This document shows positions 7,726 through 16,813 of a stretch of DNA of 25,493 nucleotides, piece by piece. The DNA is from an uncultured Rikenellaceae bacterium (lineage in GTDB: Bacteria; Bacteroidota; Bacteroidia; Bacteroidales; VadinHA17), in assembly GCA_964415855.1 (NCBI GenBank), contig CAYQBZ010000003.1, positions 1-25,493 of the forward strand, read 5' to 3'. The number at the start of each line of letters is the position of its first letter. Position 1 is the first letter of the stretch. The position numbers and the translations under genes were made by a program. Below the pieces are notes generated by a model that ran no database searches, was not told where the DNA came from, and saw only the letters and a program-made list of their open reading frames with translations.

Positions 7726-10338
7726 ATGATATTATTTTTAAAGATACTATCGCTTGCTTCTTTGATTATTAGAGGTATTATTATCTTGCTTTTCTCAGCT
7801 TCATTCTTTATGCAGGATAAGGTAGTTGACATAATAATCAGATCACTTAACAACAACATATCCACCAAACTGTTTACAGGCTCGTCCCATTTATCCTTTA
7901 TCCGCAGATTCCCAAAGGCTTCCGTTGAACTCAGGAATGTTCTGGTCCATTCATCATCGGATTTCAATTCAGCTGCGTTCCCCGGGAATACGGATACTCT
8001 TTTATCGGTAAGGTTTGTTTCAATTGAATTCAAAATAACGGATATTATTAAAGGTACTTACAACATTGAAAGTATCAGCGCAGGAGATGGCCTTATTAAT
8101 CTCTATTCCGATACGACCGGTCTTGTCAATTATAATATATCTGCAGGAAAGAGTAGTACCGAAAACTCTGATTTTATTATTGACCTTGACAAAATAACGC
8201 TGACAAATCTAAAAGCAACCTACAGTAATCTCGCCACCCGCCTGAAAATAGACGGAATTATTGACCATGCCCGGATAAGGAGCAGAATATCCGGAAATAA
8301 TATAGAATTCACCGCCGGAGCTGAAATGCTTGTAGACAGCCTTCATCTGTACAATACTAAAATCAATAACCCGTTTTCCACTGTAATAGATCTGAACCTT
8401 AGCAGCTCCGACACTGGCGTAGTATTCAACAAGGGCGTTCTTAAAGTTGAAGACTACGATTTCAGTATATCCGGGTTAGTCTCTTCCGATAATATGCTGG
8501 ATCTGCATATCACAGGAAACAATCTTGACCTTTCAAGGATCAGGAACTATCTGCCTGAAAAGCAATTAAACCTGGTATCAGAGTATAATCCGGCAGGGAT
8601 TCTTTCCGTTAACTGTCAGATCAAAGGACTTTTATCAAGGACATCTAATCCACATATTGAGATCACCACTGCCCTCAACGAAGGTCACATCTCTTACGGG
8701 AAATCTAATCTGGCTGTAAATGATCTTTCATTTTCCGGATTTTTTTCTAACGGAGCGGCAAATACTCCAAAAACCAGTACACTCTTAATCAACAACATAA
8801 AAGCAAGCCTTGGATCTTCAGATTATTCAGGCTCGTTCATCATAAACGGATTTGAAAATCCTTATGCCACCCTGACTTTAAAAGGCAGGGTATTCCCGGC
8901 AGAGATCAAAGAATTTTTTGCCCTGGAAAATATAGATGCTGCTTCCGGTTCGGCTGACATTGACCTTAAGGTGTCATCCTGTCTGTTACCTCGAAAACAG
9001 TATTCGGCTGGTGATGTTATGGATATGAAACCGGAAGGAACAATAGTCTTTGACTCACTCACCATAGGTTTCAATAATGACAGGTTTCACCTTGACAGGA
9101 TAAGCGGGAAGCTATTACTCTCAAAGACCATAAAGGCAAACGATTTACAGTTCTCATACAAAGGGCAGCTTATTAAGATAAATGGTGATTTTACCAATCT
9201 GCCTGAATGGCTTTACGGAAGGCCTGTTCGATTGGCAGCAACCGCGGATATAACATTCGACAGGTTAATTCCTGAAGTTTTTCTTGGGGATCCGTCTTCC
9301 GGCGATGGATCTGAAGGCAGAAAAAAAGCTGTTAATATGCCCGGTGATCTTATGCTGGATATCAGCTACAGCATAGACAGCTTATCGTATGATTCATTTT
9401 CCTCTTCAAAGATGACCGGCAGTCTTAATTACAAACCAGGACTGTTGACTTTTAACACAATAAACATGAAATCGTTAGAAGGCACTATCTCAGGTAATGG
9501 TTTCATTGTACAGAACAGGAACAAATCGTTGATTGGAAGGGGTAACTTCATTGTAACCGGAATAGATGTAAACAAGACTTTCATGGCATTTCATAATTTT
9601 GGTCAGGATTTTCTGAAGGCAGAGAATCTTAATGGTACCCTTTCAGGTTCATTTTCATTACTTCTGCCTATGGATTCACTTGCAAATCCCCAGATCAGGG
9701 CTCTGACAGCTGAAGGGAAATACGTTCTTACAAATGGAGCACTAATAAATTTTGATCCTGTAAAAGAACTATCAGAATTTATTGAACTTTCAGAACTTGA
9801 AAATATTAGCTTTGAGAAACTTGAAAACGATTTTTTTATAAAAAACAACTTTCTCTACATTCCTCAGATGGATGTTAAATCTTCTGCAGTTGACCTTTCG
9901 GTAAATGGCAGGCACAGTTTTGACAATGACTATGAATATCATGTCAAGATGCTGCTTTCAGAAATACTTAGCAAGAAAAGGAAGAAAACAAGGAGTAGTA
10001 TAACTGAATTTGGTGCTGTTCAGGATGATGGTCTGGGCCGTACATCACTATTATTAAAAGTCGAAAACAAGGGAGAGGAAGTTAAGGTTAGTTATGACAT
10101 TAAGGCTGCCGGTAATGAGATAAAGACCAACATCAAATCTGAAAGACAGACTTTAAAATCGATCCTTAACCAGGAATACGGTTGGTTCAAAGGCGATTCT
10201 TCTGTTCAGCAGAAACCGGCTGAGAATAAGTCGCGCTTCAGCATAACCTGGGATGAGGCAGCAATTGAACAAAATCCTGTGGATAGCACAGAAGCTAAAA
10301 AGGAAGGAATACTCAAAACTCTTTTCAGAAAGAAGTAA
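7726..10338 (+). CDS. AsmA-like family protein (inner-membrane anchored, beta-taco repeats)
   Basis: 870 aa with an N-terminal hydrophobic anchor and a long beta-strand-rich body. The C-terminus ISFEKLENDFFIKNNFLYIPQMDVKSSAVDLSVNGRHSFDNDYEYHV resembles the AsmA-like C-terminal region. Exact start uncertain. Confidence 0.8.
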   Translation: MILFLKILSLASLIIRGIIILLFSASFFMQDKVVDIIIRSLNNNISTKLFTGSSHLSFIRRFPKASVELRNVLVHSSSDFNSAAFPGNTDTLLSVRFVSIEFKITDIIKGTYNIESISAGDGLINLYSDTTGLVNYNISAGKSSTENSDFIIDLDKITLTNLKATYSNLATRLKIDGIIDHARIRSRISGNNIEFTAGAEMLVDSLHLYNTKINNPFSTVIDLNLSSSDTGVVFNKGVLKVEDYDFSISGLVSSDNMLDLHITGNNLDLSRIRNYLPEKQLNLVSEYNPAGILSVNCQIKGLLSRTSNPHIEITTALNEGHISYGKSNLAVNDLSFSGFFSNGAANTPKTSTLLINNIKASLGSSDYSGSFIINGFENPYATLTLKGRVFPAEIKEFFALENIDAASGSADIDLKVSSCLLPRKQYSAGDVMDMKPEGTIVFDSLTIGFNNDRFHLDRISGKLLLSKTIKANDLQFSYKGQLIKINGDFTNLPEWLYGRPVRLAATADITFDRLIPEVFLGDPSSGDGSEGRKKAVNMPGDLMLDISYSIDSLSYDSFSSSKMTGSLNYKPGLLTFNTINMKSLEGTISGNGFIVQNRNKSLIGRGNFIVTGIDVNKTFMAFHNFGQDFLKAENLNGTLSGSFSLLLPMDSLANPQIRALTAEGKYVLTNGALINFDPVKELSEFIELSELENISFEKLENDFFIKNNFLYIPQMDVKSSAVDLSVNGRHSFDNDYEYHVKMLLSEILSKKRKKTRSSITEFGAVQDDGLGRTSLLLKVENKGEEVKVSYDIKAAGNEIKTNIKSERQTLKSILNQEYGWFKGDSSVQQKPAENKSRFSITWDEAAIEQNPVDSTEAKKEGILKTLFRKK

Positions 10339-10392
10339 ACTAGCATAACAGCTTAAGAAACAGAAGTATATTTAAATATAACATTCAAAGCT

Positions 10393-11556
10393 TTGAATAT
10401 TTACCGGAATAAGACCCTGGGAAGACTTTTGTTATTGTTTTTTGCAGTGTTTATCGGAATGGGTTCGCTGGTCTTTACAGGCAACCTGGTCGGCAAGCTC
10501 AAGGTTGAGGAACGGGAAAATGTAGCATTATGGGCTGAAGCTACCCGGCTCCTGTCTCTCCCCGATACCAGTCAGAATATTGAATTCCTGTCGTCAATAA
10601 TTGACAATAACAACACGGTCCCGGTTATTCTGACCGATGAATCTGACAGCATCATTTCTGCAAGAAATTTTGATGAATCAAAGATTGGCAATACCGGGTA
10701 TCTAAGGAAAGCTCTTCGAAAAATAAAAGAAAAAAACGATCCTATAGTAAATTACCTTGATGATGGCCATTATAACCTCATCTACTATAAAGACAGTATT
10801 ATACTTACAATGCTTATCTTCTATCCTTATGTACAGCTTGGAATAATAATACTATTTATCCTGGTCTCATATCTTGCTTTCAGCTCCTCGCAAAAAGCGG
10901 AGCAGAACCAGGTGTGGGTAGGTATGTCAAAAGAGACGGCCCATCAGCTGGGCACACCAACTTCTTCTCTTACAGGATGGATCGAGATACTGCAACATAA
11001 ATATCCCGATATTCCCATTACGAAAGAGCTGGCACTGGATGTCCAACGCCTGGAAAAGGTTACTGAAAGATTTTCAAGGATAGGATCCAAACCTGTTCTT
11101 GTTGAAGATAACATCATTTCAATTATCTCAAGGACAATTGATTATCTAAAGATGCGGACATCTTCAAAAGTGAAATTCAGAACCGATTATATCCCTGACA
11201 AAGAGGTAATTGTGCCGGTAAATGCAGCTCTGTTCGAATGGGTCATTGAAAACGTTTCAAAGAATGCCATTGACTCAATGGAAGGTGCCGGCACAATTAC
11301 CATACGTATTGCAGAGACTTCTAAAAATGCCATCGTTGATGTTTATGATACAGGCAAGGGTATCCCGAAATCGTTGGTAAAGAAAATCTTCAACCCGGGA
11401 TTTACTACAAAGCAAAGAGGCTGGGGACTGGGCCTCTCTCTTGCGAAAAGGATCATTGAGGAGTTTCATAACGGGCGTATCTTTGTGAGACAATCTGAGT
11501 CAGGAAAGGGATCCTGCATCAGGATCATTTTGAATAAGAATAATGAACAGCATTAA
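10393..11556 (+). CDS. Membrane sensor histidine kinase (orphan, no receiver)
   Basis: TTG start and two TM segments. Intact H-box ETAH(184)QLGTP, N-box ENVSKNAIDS, G1 DTGKG, F-box IFNPGFTTK and G2 GWGLGL. Confidence 0.93.
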   Translation: MNIYRNKTLGRLLLLFFAVFIGMGSLVFTGNLVGKLKVEERENVALWAEATRLLSLPDTSQNIEFLSSIIDNNNTVPVILTDESDSIISARNFDESKIGNTGYLRKALRKIKEKNDPIVNYLDDGHYNLIYYKDSIILTMLIFYPYVQLGIIILFILVSYLAFSSSQKAEQNQVWVGMSKETAHQLGTPTSSLTGWIEILQHKYPDIPITKELALDVQRLEKVTERFSRIGSKPVLVEDNIISIISRTIDYLKMRTSSKVKFRTDYIPDKEVIVPVNAALFEWVIENVSKNAIDSMEGAGTITIRIAETSKNAIVDVYDTGKGIPKSLVKKIFNPGFTTKQRGWGLGLSLAKRIIEEFHNGRIFVRQSESGKGSCIRIILNKNNEQH

Positions 11557-11568
11557 TTAATACTGCAA

Positions 11569-12825
11569 ATGAAAAGGGAAGATGTTGAGCTAATGGCGCC
11601 GGCAGGATCATATGAGTCGCTTATGGCAGCGATCCAGGGGAATGCTGATTCCGTGTATTTCGGTGCCGAACAGCTCAATATGAGAGCTGCATCCTCAAAT
11701 AATTTTACCATTAAAGACCTTGGCAAAATTGCATCAATATGCAGGGAAAATGGTCTTAAAAGCTATATTACACTTAACGTTGTTGTCTACGACCACGAAA
11801 TTAAGCAGATGCGTGCGATTATTGATGCTGCAAAAGAAAACGGAATATCAGCGGTTATTGCATCCGATCTTTCGGTAATCAATTATGCCTTTTCTTCAGG
11901 AATGGAGGTACATCTTTCAACACAACTGAATATCACAAATACTGAGTCCCTGAAGTTCTATTCACGCTGGGCCGATGTTGCAGTACTTGCCAGAGAATTA
12001 AACCTTGAGCAGGTCTGGCATATCTTTAACGCTATCAGGGAAGAAGAAATCAGGGGACCGAGCGGAGAACTTATCAAGATAGAGATGTTTGCCCATGGGG
12101 CCCTGTGTATGGCTGTCTCAGGCAAATGCTATTTAAGCCTGCATGAAAACGACAAGTCCGCAAACCGGGGTGAATGCTACCAGACATGCCGTAAATCATA
12201 TATCGTCACCAATAAGGAGAGCGGCTATGAACTGGAGATTGACAATGAATATATCATGTCTCCCAAGGACCTTTGCACAATTGGCTTTCTGGACAAACTG
12301 ACAGATGCAGGAGCCAGGGTCCTTAAAATTGAGGGAAGAGCGCGGTCGGCAGAATACGTTAAGGTGGTTTCATCGTGTTATGATGAGGCTTTGAAGGCGC
12401 TGGAGGAGGGAACCTTCGGCAGACAAAAAACGGAAGCATGGAGAGAAAGGCTTTCAACAGTGTTTAACAGAGGGTTCTGGGACGGATATTACCTGGGACA
12501 ACAGACAGGTGAATGGAACACAAATTATGGCTCGAGTGCCACAAAAAGAAAGATCTATCTGGGAAAAGTCACAAATTATTTTACTAAACTCAAAGTAGCT
12601 GAAATAAAGCTTGAAACGGGAGATCTGAAAAAAGGAGATACTATCATAATCACAGGACCCACAACGGGTGTTTTTGAAACAGTGACAGATGAAATCCGGG
12701 TTGATCTCACGGCTACTGAAAGAGCCATGAAAGGGGAACATTGTTCGATTAAGACACCGGTTTTCCTCAGGAGATCCGACAAGGTTTACAAATGGGTCGA
12801 TGCTAATGAAGTTAAGAGACAATAA
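11569..12825 (+). CDS. Peptidase U32 family protein, TrhP/YegQ-like Fe-S RNA hydroxylase
   Basis: ELMAPAG, ADSVYFG, HLSTQ, VLAREL, EMFAHGALCMAVSGKCYLS, NRGECYQTCR (4 Cys), SPKDL and KIEGR, plus a C-terminal beta-barrel (U32_C-like). Substrate not determinable from sequence. Confidence 0.88.
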   Translation: MKREDVELMAPAGSYESLMAAIQGNADSVYFGAEQLNMRAASSNNFTIKDLGKIASICRENGLKSYITLNVVVYDHEIKQMRAIIDAAKENGISAVIASDLSVINYAFSSGMEVHLSTQLNITNTESLKFYSRWADVAVLARELNLEQVWHIFNAIREEEIRGPSGELIKIEMFAHGALCMAVSGKCYLSLHENDKSANRGECYQTCRKSYIVTNKESGYELEIDNEYIMSPKDLCTIGFLDKLTDAGARVLKIEGRARSAEYVKVVSSCYDEALKALEEGTFGRQKTEAWRERLSTVFNRGFWDGYYLGQQTGEWNTNYGSSATKRKIYLGKVTNYFTKLKVAEIKLETGDLKKGDTIIITGPTTGVFETVTDEIRVDLTATERAMKGEHCSIKTPVFLRRSDKVYKWVDANEVKRQ

Positions 12826-12835
12826 ATCAGCCATC

Positions 12836-13870
12836 TTACCAGTTTATCTTATCTGCTGCATCAAGTATTTTTAAGGCATTGGTTTCAATATTATCGGTAT
12901 CCGTTTCGACATAGGTGACATTATTACTGCTTTTTTTCTTTAAACCGTACAGGTATGCTTTGTCATAGTACCTGAGGGTAATATCGATTGCTTTTGCAAA
13001 ATCCCTCTCTTCCACAGCCTTTAAGGCATCCTGTGTGTTATTGCCACCCAGCCTTTTACTGATTTTCATAACAGACGCTTTCAGGGATTCTTCCGGGTAG
13101 GTGGAATATTCCTCAAGCAGCCTTGGCAACCTTGTCTCAACGCTCATCATAAGAACGATGGCAGGACTTGACTGCATATTAAGATATAATCCATCAGGAA
13201 TAAAAACAGAGCCGATATTTTTACTTTCATCCTCAACCCATAGAGCATTGCCAGTATCTTTTTTTTTCCACCTGTTGAAAAGCAAATTTGCAAAATACTC
13301 CGATGTCGGTTGAGCAGGCTGCCCGAGTGACCCGAATGCTGATCCCTTGTGATTGGCCAGGCCCTCAAGATCGATAACCTGATGGCCCAGCTGGTTCATG
13401 TACCTCAGAATTTGAGTTTTGCCACTGCCGGTCATCCCTCCCAGGACAATCATTTTTCTTTTAACAGAAAGATTATCAAGTATATAATTGCGATATGACT
13501 TGTATCCTCCCTCAAGTATTTCCGTTTTAATATCCGCAAGGGAAAACAGCCAGGCCATTGCTTCCGAGCGCATGCCACCCCTCCAGCAATGGACAAGCAG
13601 TTCTCCGTTCCTTGAAACTGAAAGAGCCTCCTTCAGCTTATCTGACATTGTGGGACCGGCATCCTTAAGACCTTGAATTATTGCAGGTATTCGTCCCTCC
13701 TTTTTATATCTGGTTCCAACTGCTTCTCGTTCCTTATCGTTAAAAATAGGGATATTTACTGCGCCCGGAATATGACCCTGGTAAAATTCTGAAGGAGACC
13801 TGACATCAGCTACCGGAATTCTTTCCGAGAGGTCCAGGAAATGTTCCACCCCGATCTTTCTTGAAATCAT
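12836..13870 (-). CDS. mnmH: tRNA 2-selenouridine(34) synthase
   Basis: Rhodanese domain (DVRSPSEF..GHIPGAVNIP, HCWRGGMRS) followed by a P-loop domain (GMTGSGKT, IDLEGLANHKGSAFG, WVEDESKNIG, YYDKAY). Confidence 0.95.
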   Translation of the reverse strand: MISRKIGVEHFLDLSERIPVADVRSPSEFYQGHIPGAVNIPIFNDKEREAVGTRYKKEGRIPAIIQGLKDAGPTMSDKLKEALSVSRNGELLVHCWRGGMRSEAMAWLFSLADIKTEILEGGYKSYRNYILDNLSVKRKMIVLGGMTGSGKTQILRYMNQLGHQVIDLEGLANHKGSAFGSLGQPAQPTSEYFANLLFNRWKKKDTGNALWVEDESKNIGSVFIPDGLYLNMQSSPAIVLMMSVETRLPRLLEEYSTYPEESLKASVMKISKRLGGNNTQDALKAVEERDFAKAIDITLRYYDKAYLYGLKKKSSNNVTYVETDTDNIETNALKILDAADKINW

Positions 13871-13921
13871 ATAACTTTCCGTATCCCGCTATTTTTGGTT
13901 ATTCATGAAACAGTTCCGGAG

Positions 13922-16750
13922 TCAGCTAATGAAATATTTGGCAAACAATCTCTTCAGCTCTTCTATTCTGACCGGTTTTGATATAAAATCCTTTATTCCT
14001 GCCATCTCCGCCTTTTTTCTTGACTCAGGCATATTATCAGCAGTAAATGCAACCACAAGTGCAGAACTATCATTTTCCAGAATCTTTTGCGTGGCTTCGA
14101 AGCCGTCCATTTCGGGCATTATCAGGTCCATGAAGATAAGATCATATTTTTTGGTCTTTGAATTAAGATAACCTTCATAACCATCATCTGCTATATCAAA
14201 TGCATATCCCAGATTTTTAAGCATTGTACCGATAACCTTCTGGTTCATTTTGTTATCTTCAACAATAAGGATCTTAATATCGTTTCTTACCCTCCCGACC
14301 GGGACAGATGAAGCCGGATCTTCTATGAAAGGGAAGCTGGTTTTTAAGGCGCGCAGTAAATCTCCTATGTCAAAAGGTTTCAGAAGATAATGATCGATCC
14401 CAAGCGTATAACAGGTCATATAATTCCCCTTCCTGTCGTTGGAACTTATCATGAGCAAAATAAATTTGCCGGACAGCCTGTTCTCCCATATGGCCCTTGC
14501 CGGTTCAAACCCATCAAAATCATTATCATCAAAGATAATTATCAGGTCATACTTTTCTTCCGGAAAATTCAAGTTAGTCCGAATCTGGTTAACAGTTGAC
14601 TTCATATAGGTTGTTACGTTCACAGCGAGCCCCATTTTATGCAGGGGCCCCAGAGTGTCTTCATCCCGGTTCTGATTTCCGGTGATGACCAGTGATTTTA
14701 TCTTATCAAAGGATGTAATTCTTTCGACAGAGAGATCCTTAACCGGTCTTTCATTTGAATACAGGATCAAAGTGAAGGTTACTTTTGTCCCCTTATCATC
14801 TAAAAGACCTGAAGGGCTAACTGCAGATAACTTACCTCCCATTAATTCTATCAACTGTTTAGCAAGAATCGTACTGAAACCAGACTCATCATGGTTCCTG
14901 GCTACTTTTGATTCTATATTAACAAAATCACCGAAGATCTTTTTAAGAGTGGCGCTGTCAAAGCTTAAACCGGTATCCCGTAGTTCAAATCCCATTGTAA
15001 TGATCCCGTTCTTTTCGCTTTTCAGCATACACTCCAAGCGTATCTCCCCCTTTGCAGTGTTACTTACAGAATGGTTGATCAGGTTTGTCAGTACCTGCCT
15101 CAACCTGAAAGGATCACCGATAACACTCTGCGGTATCTTATCGTCGATTTTTGATATTAGTTCGATTTCACCGGTTGAGATATGTGTCTTTGCAAGATCA
15201 GTACAATACAAAATTTCCTCTCTGATATTGAAAGGTATCTCGTCAAGAATCATCTTCCCTGATTCTATCTTTGAAAAATCAAGTATGTCATTAATAATAT
15301 TCAGCAATACTTCCGTTGACCTGTTGAGAAGTCCTACAATTTCTTTTACTTCAACAGGAAGATCATATTTATCAAGAACTTCCGTCATTCCTATGATACC
15401 ATTCAGGGGGGTCCTTATCTCATAGCTCATCCTAGCCAGGAACTCCGATTTGGCTACATTGGCTTTGGCTTCCTGCTTACGTGCCGATTCCAGTAATGTA
15501 ACATCTATCAATATTTCCATGCAGGCATCTTCTTCTCCAAGGAAGTTCACAGGAATGCTGTTTCTGAAAAGGATAGTCTCACCTATCTCTTTCTTAATTA
15601 TTACAAATCTGTCCGGATTAAATGAATTGCCAAGGTATTTCGAGAAATAATCACTGTCATCGGGAATGGATGTTTCAGGGAATATCTTTCCCTTCATATC
15701 AGATTCACTGTTAAAAGAATAATATGATGCAGCAACCTTATTGGCTTTTATAATTTCCCTGCTCTTATTATGCACTATCACACCTACCGGCATCTCTTCA
15801 ATAATTTTCAGAAGCATTTTTTCAGAAGAATACAAGCGATCCATTTCTGCTTTCCGGGACTTATTATATCGCCAGAAAATATAGATTATCACCTGTATCA
15901 GAAACAAGGTTCCCAATACTATGAACAACGAATTTCGTATGATATACTTCTGAAAAAACACTGTAGGAGCTGAAAATACCAGTCCAAGATCTCTCTGAAG
16001 AAGCTGTGTGGAATAGAATGAGGATAATATTGCACTTCTTTTTCCATTGATAACGGCATTATTAATAATATTACCTATTGATCCGCCTGCAAGACTCTCT
16101 GTGATCTTATCAAGCTGACCATACTCGATCACCCCTTCATAATTGTCATATACTATTTCACCGGAATCACTTACAACCCATTGCCACTGATAATCCTGCA
16201 GATTGAATTTTTCAAAGATCTCAGAAAAATATCTCTGGTAATCAACGGTGACCACGATGTTCCCAATTATCTCATTATCGCTTGTTTTAAAAACAGGCAG
16301 GTAATAATTAAACTTCCTGTTTTCATATACAAGCTGTTCCATCTGATATATCTTTGCCTGTTCATGTAGGACAAACGGCTGTTCGAGCCAGTCACCGGAA
16401 TCATAATCCTTTTTCAAGGTGAATTCATTCCTGCTATTATCAGATAGTTTTATTCCTGTTACAAATTCCTGGTATTTTGAAAAGAACAGCTTCATGCTTT
16501 CCTTGGCCCTGAACTGTATTTCCGGATCCGTGAAAAACCGGTCCAGATCACCTGAAAAGCTTATCTGGTTAAGGTCACTTAAAAATCCGTTATTAGTATT
16601 ATCAACGGACAGTCCAACTATCTGAACCTGCCTGTCGAGTAATTCCACTATATAGTTTATCTGCTTATTGTAAAGGCTTTTATAATAGAAATAATTAGCT
16701 GCCATTATAATCAGGAAAGCTGAATATACAAGTATGAGGATCCTTCTCAT
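13922..16750 (-). CDS. Hybrid sensor kinase/response regulator with degenerate kinase core (pseudokinase)
   Basis: Domain order: TM, Cache-like periplasmic domain, TM, PAS-like domain, HisKA (EFLARMSYEIRTPLNG), HATPase-like domain, degenerate REC, intact REC (ILIVEDN, IFMD875LIMPEMDG, FTA, KP). Confidence 0.9.
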   Translation of the reverse strand: MRRILILVYSAFLIIMAANYFYYKSLYNKQINYIVELLDRQVQIVGLSVDNTNNGFLSDLNQISFSGDLDRFFTDPEIQFRAKESMKLFFSKYQEFVTGIKLSDNSRNEFTLKKDYDSGDWLEQPFVLHEQAKIYQMEQLVYENRKFNYYLPVFKTSDNEIIGNIVVTVDYQRYFSEIFEKFNLQDYQWQWVVSDSGEIVYDNYEGVIEYGQLDKITESLAGGSIGNIINNAVINGKRSAILSSFYSTQLLQRDLGLVFSAPTVFFQKYIIRNSLFIVLGTLFLIQVIIYIFWRYNKSRKAEMDRLYSSEKMLLKIIEEMPVGVIVHNKSREIIKANKVAASYYSFNSESDMKGKIFPETSIPDDSDYFSKYLGNSFNPDRFVIIKKEIGETILFRNSIPVNFLGEEDACMEILIDVTLLESARKQEAKANVAKSEFLARMSYEIRTPLNGIIGMTEVLDKYDLPVEVKEIVGLLNRSTEVLLNIINDILDFSKIESGKMILDEIPFNIREEILYCTDLAKTHISTGEIELISKIDDKIPQSVIGDPFRLRQVLTNLINHSVSNTAKGEIRLECMLKSEKNGIITMGFELRDTGLSFDSATLKKIFGDFVNIESKVARNHDESGFSTILAKQLIELMGGKLSAVSPSGLLDDKGTKVTFTLILYSNERPVKDLSVERITSFDKIKSLVITGNQNRDEDTLGPLHKMGLAVNVTTYMKSTVNQIRTNLNFPEEKYDLIIIFDDNDFDGFEPARAIWENRLSGKFILLMISSNDRKGNYMTCYTLGIDHYLLKPFDIGDLLRALKTSFPFIEDPASSVPVGRVRNDIKILIVEDNKMNQKVIGTMLKNLGYAFDIADDGYEGYLNSKTKKYDLIFMDLIMPEMDGFEATQKILENDSSALVVAFTADNMPESRKKAEMAGIKDFISKPVRIEELKRLFAKYFIS

Positions 16751-16813
16751 TTTATATTTCTGTTTTTTTACAAGGGGATATAAAGATAATCTATAAAATG
16801 CTATTTTTCAATA

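Noticed and set aside
12836-13870. Possible selenoproteins (in-frame UGA) near mnmH
   Set aside because: The surrounding ORFs appear full length for their families. None breaks at a TGA where a conserved Cys is expected.
15422-15424. His->Tyr as a single-base sequencing error (CAT->TAT)
   Set aside because: The N, G1 and G2 boxes and the first receiver are independently degenerate, which one miscall cannot explain.
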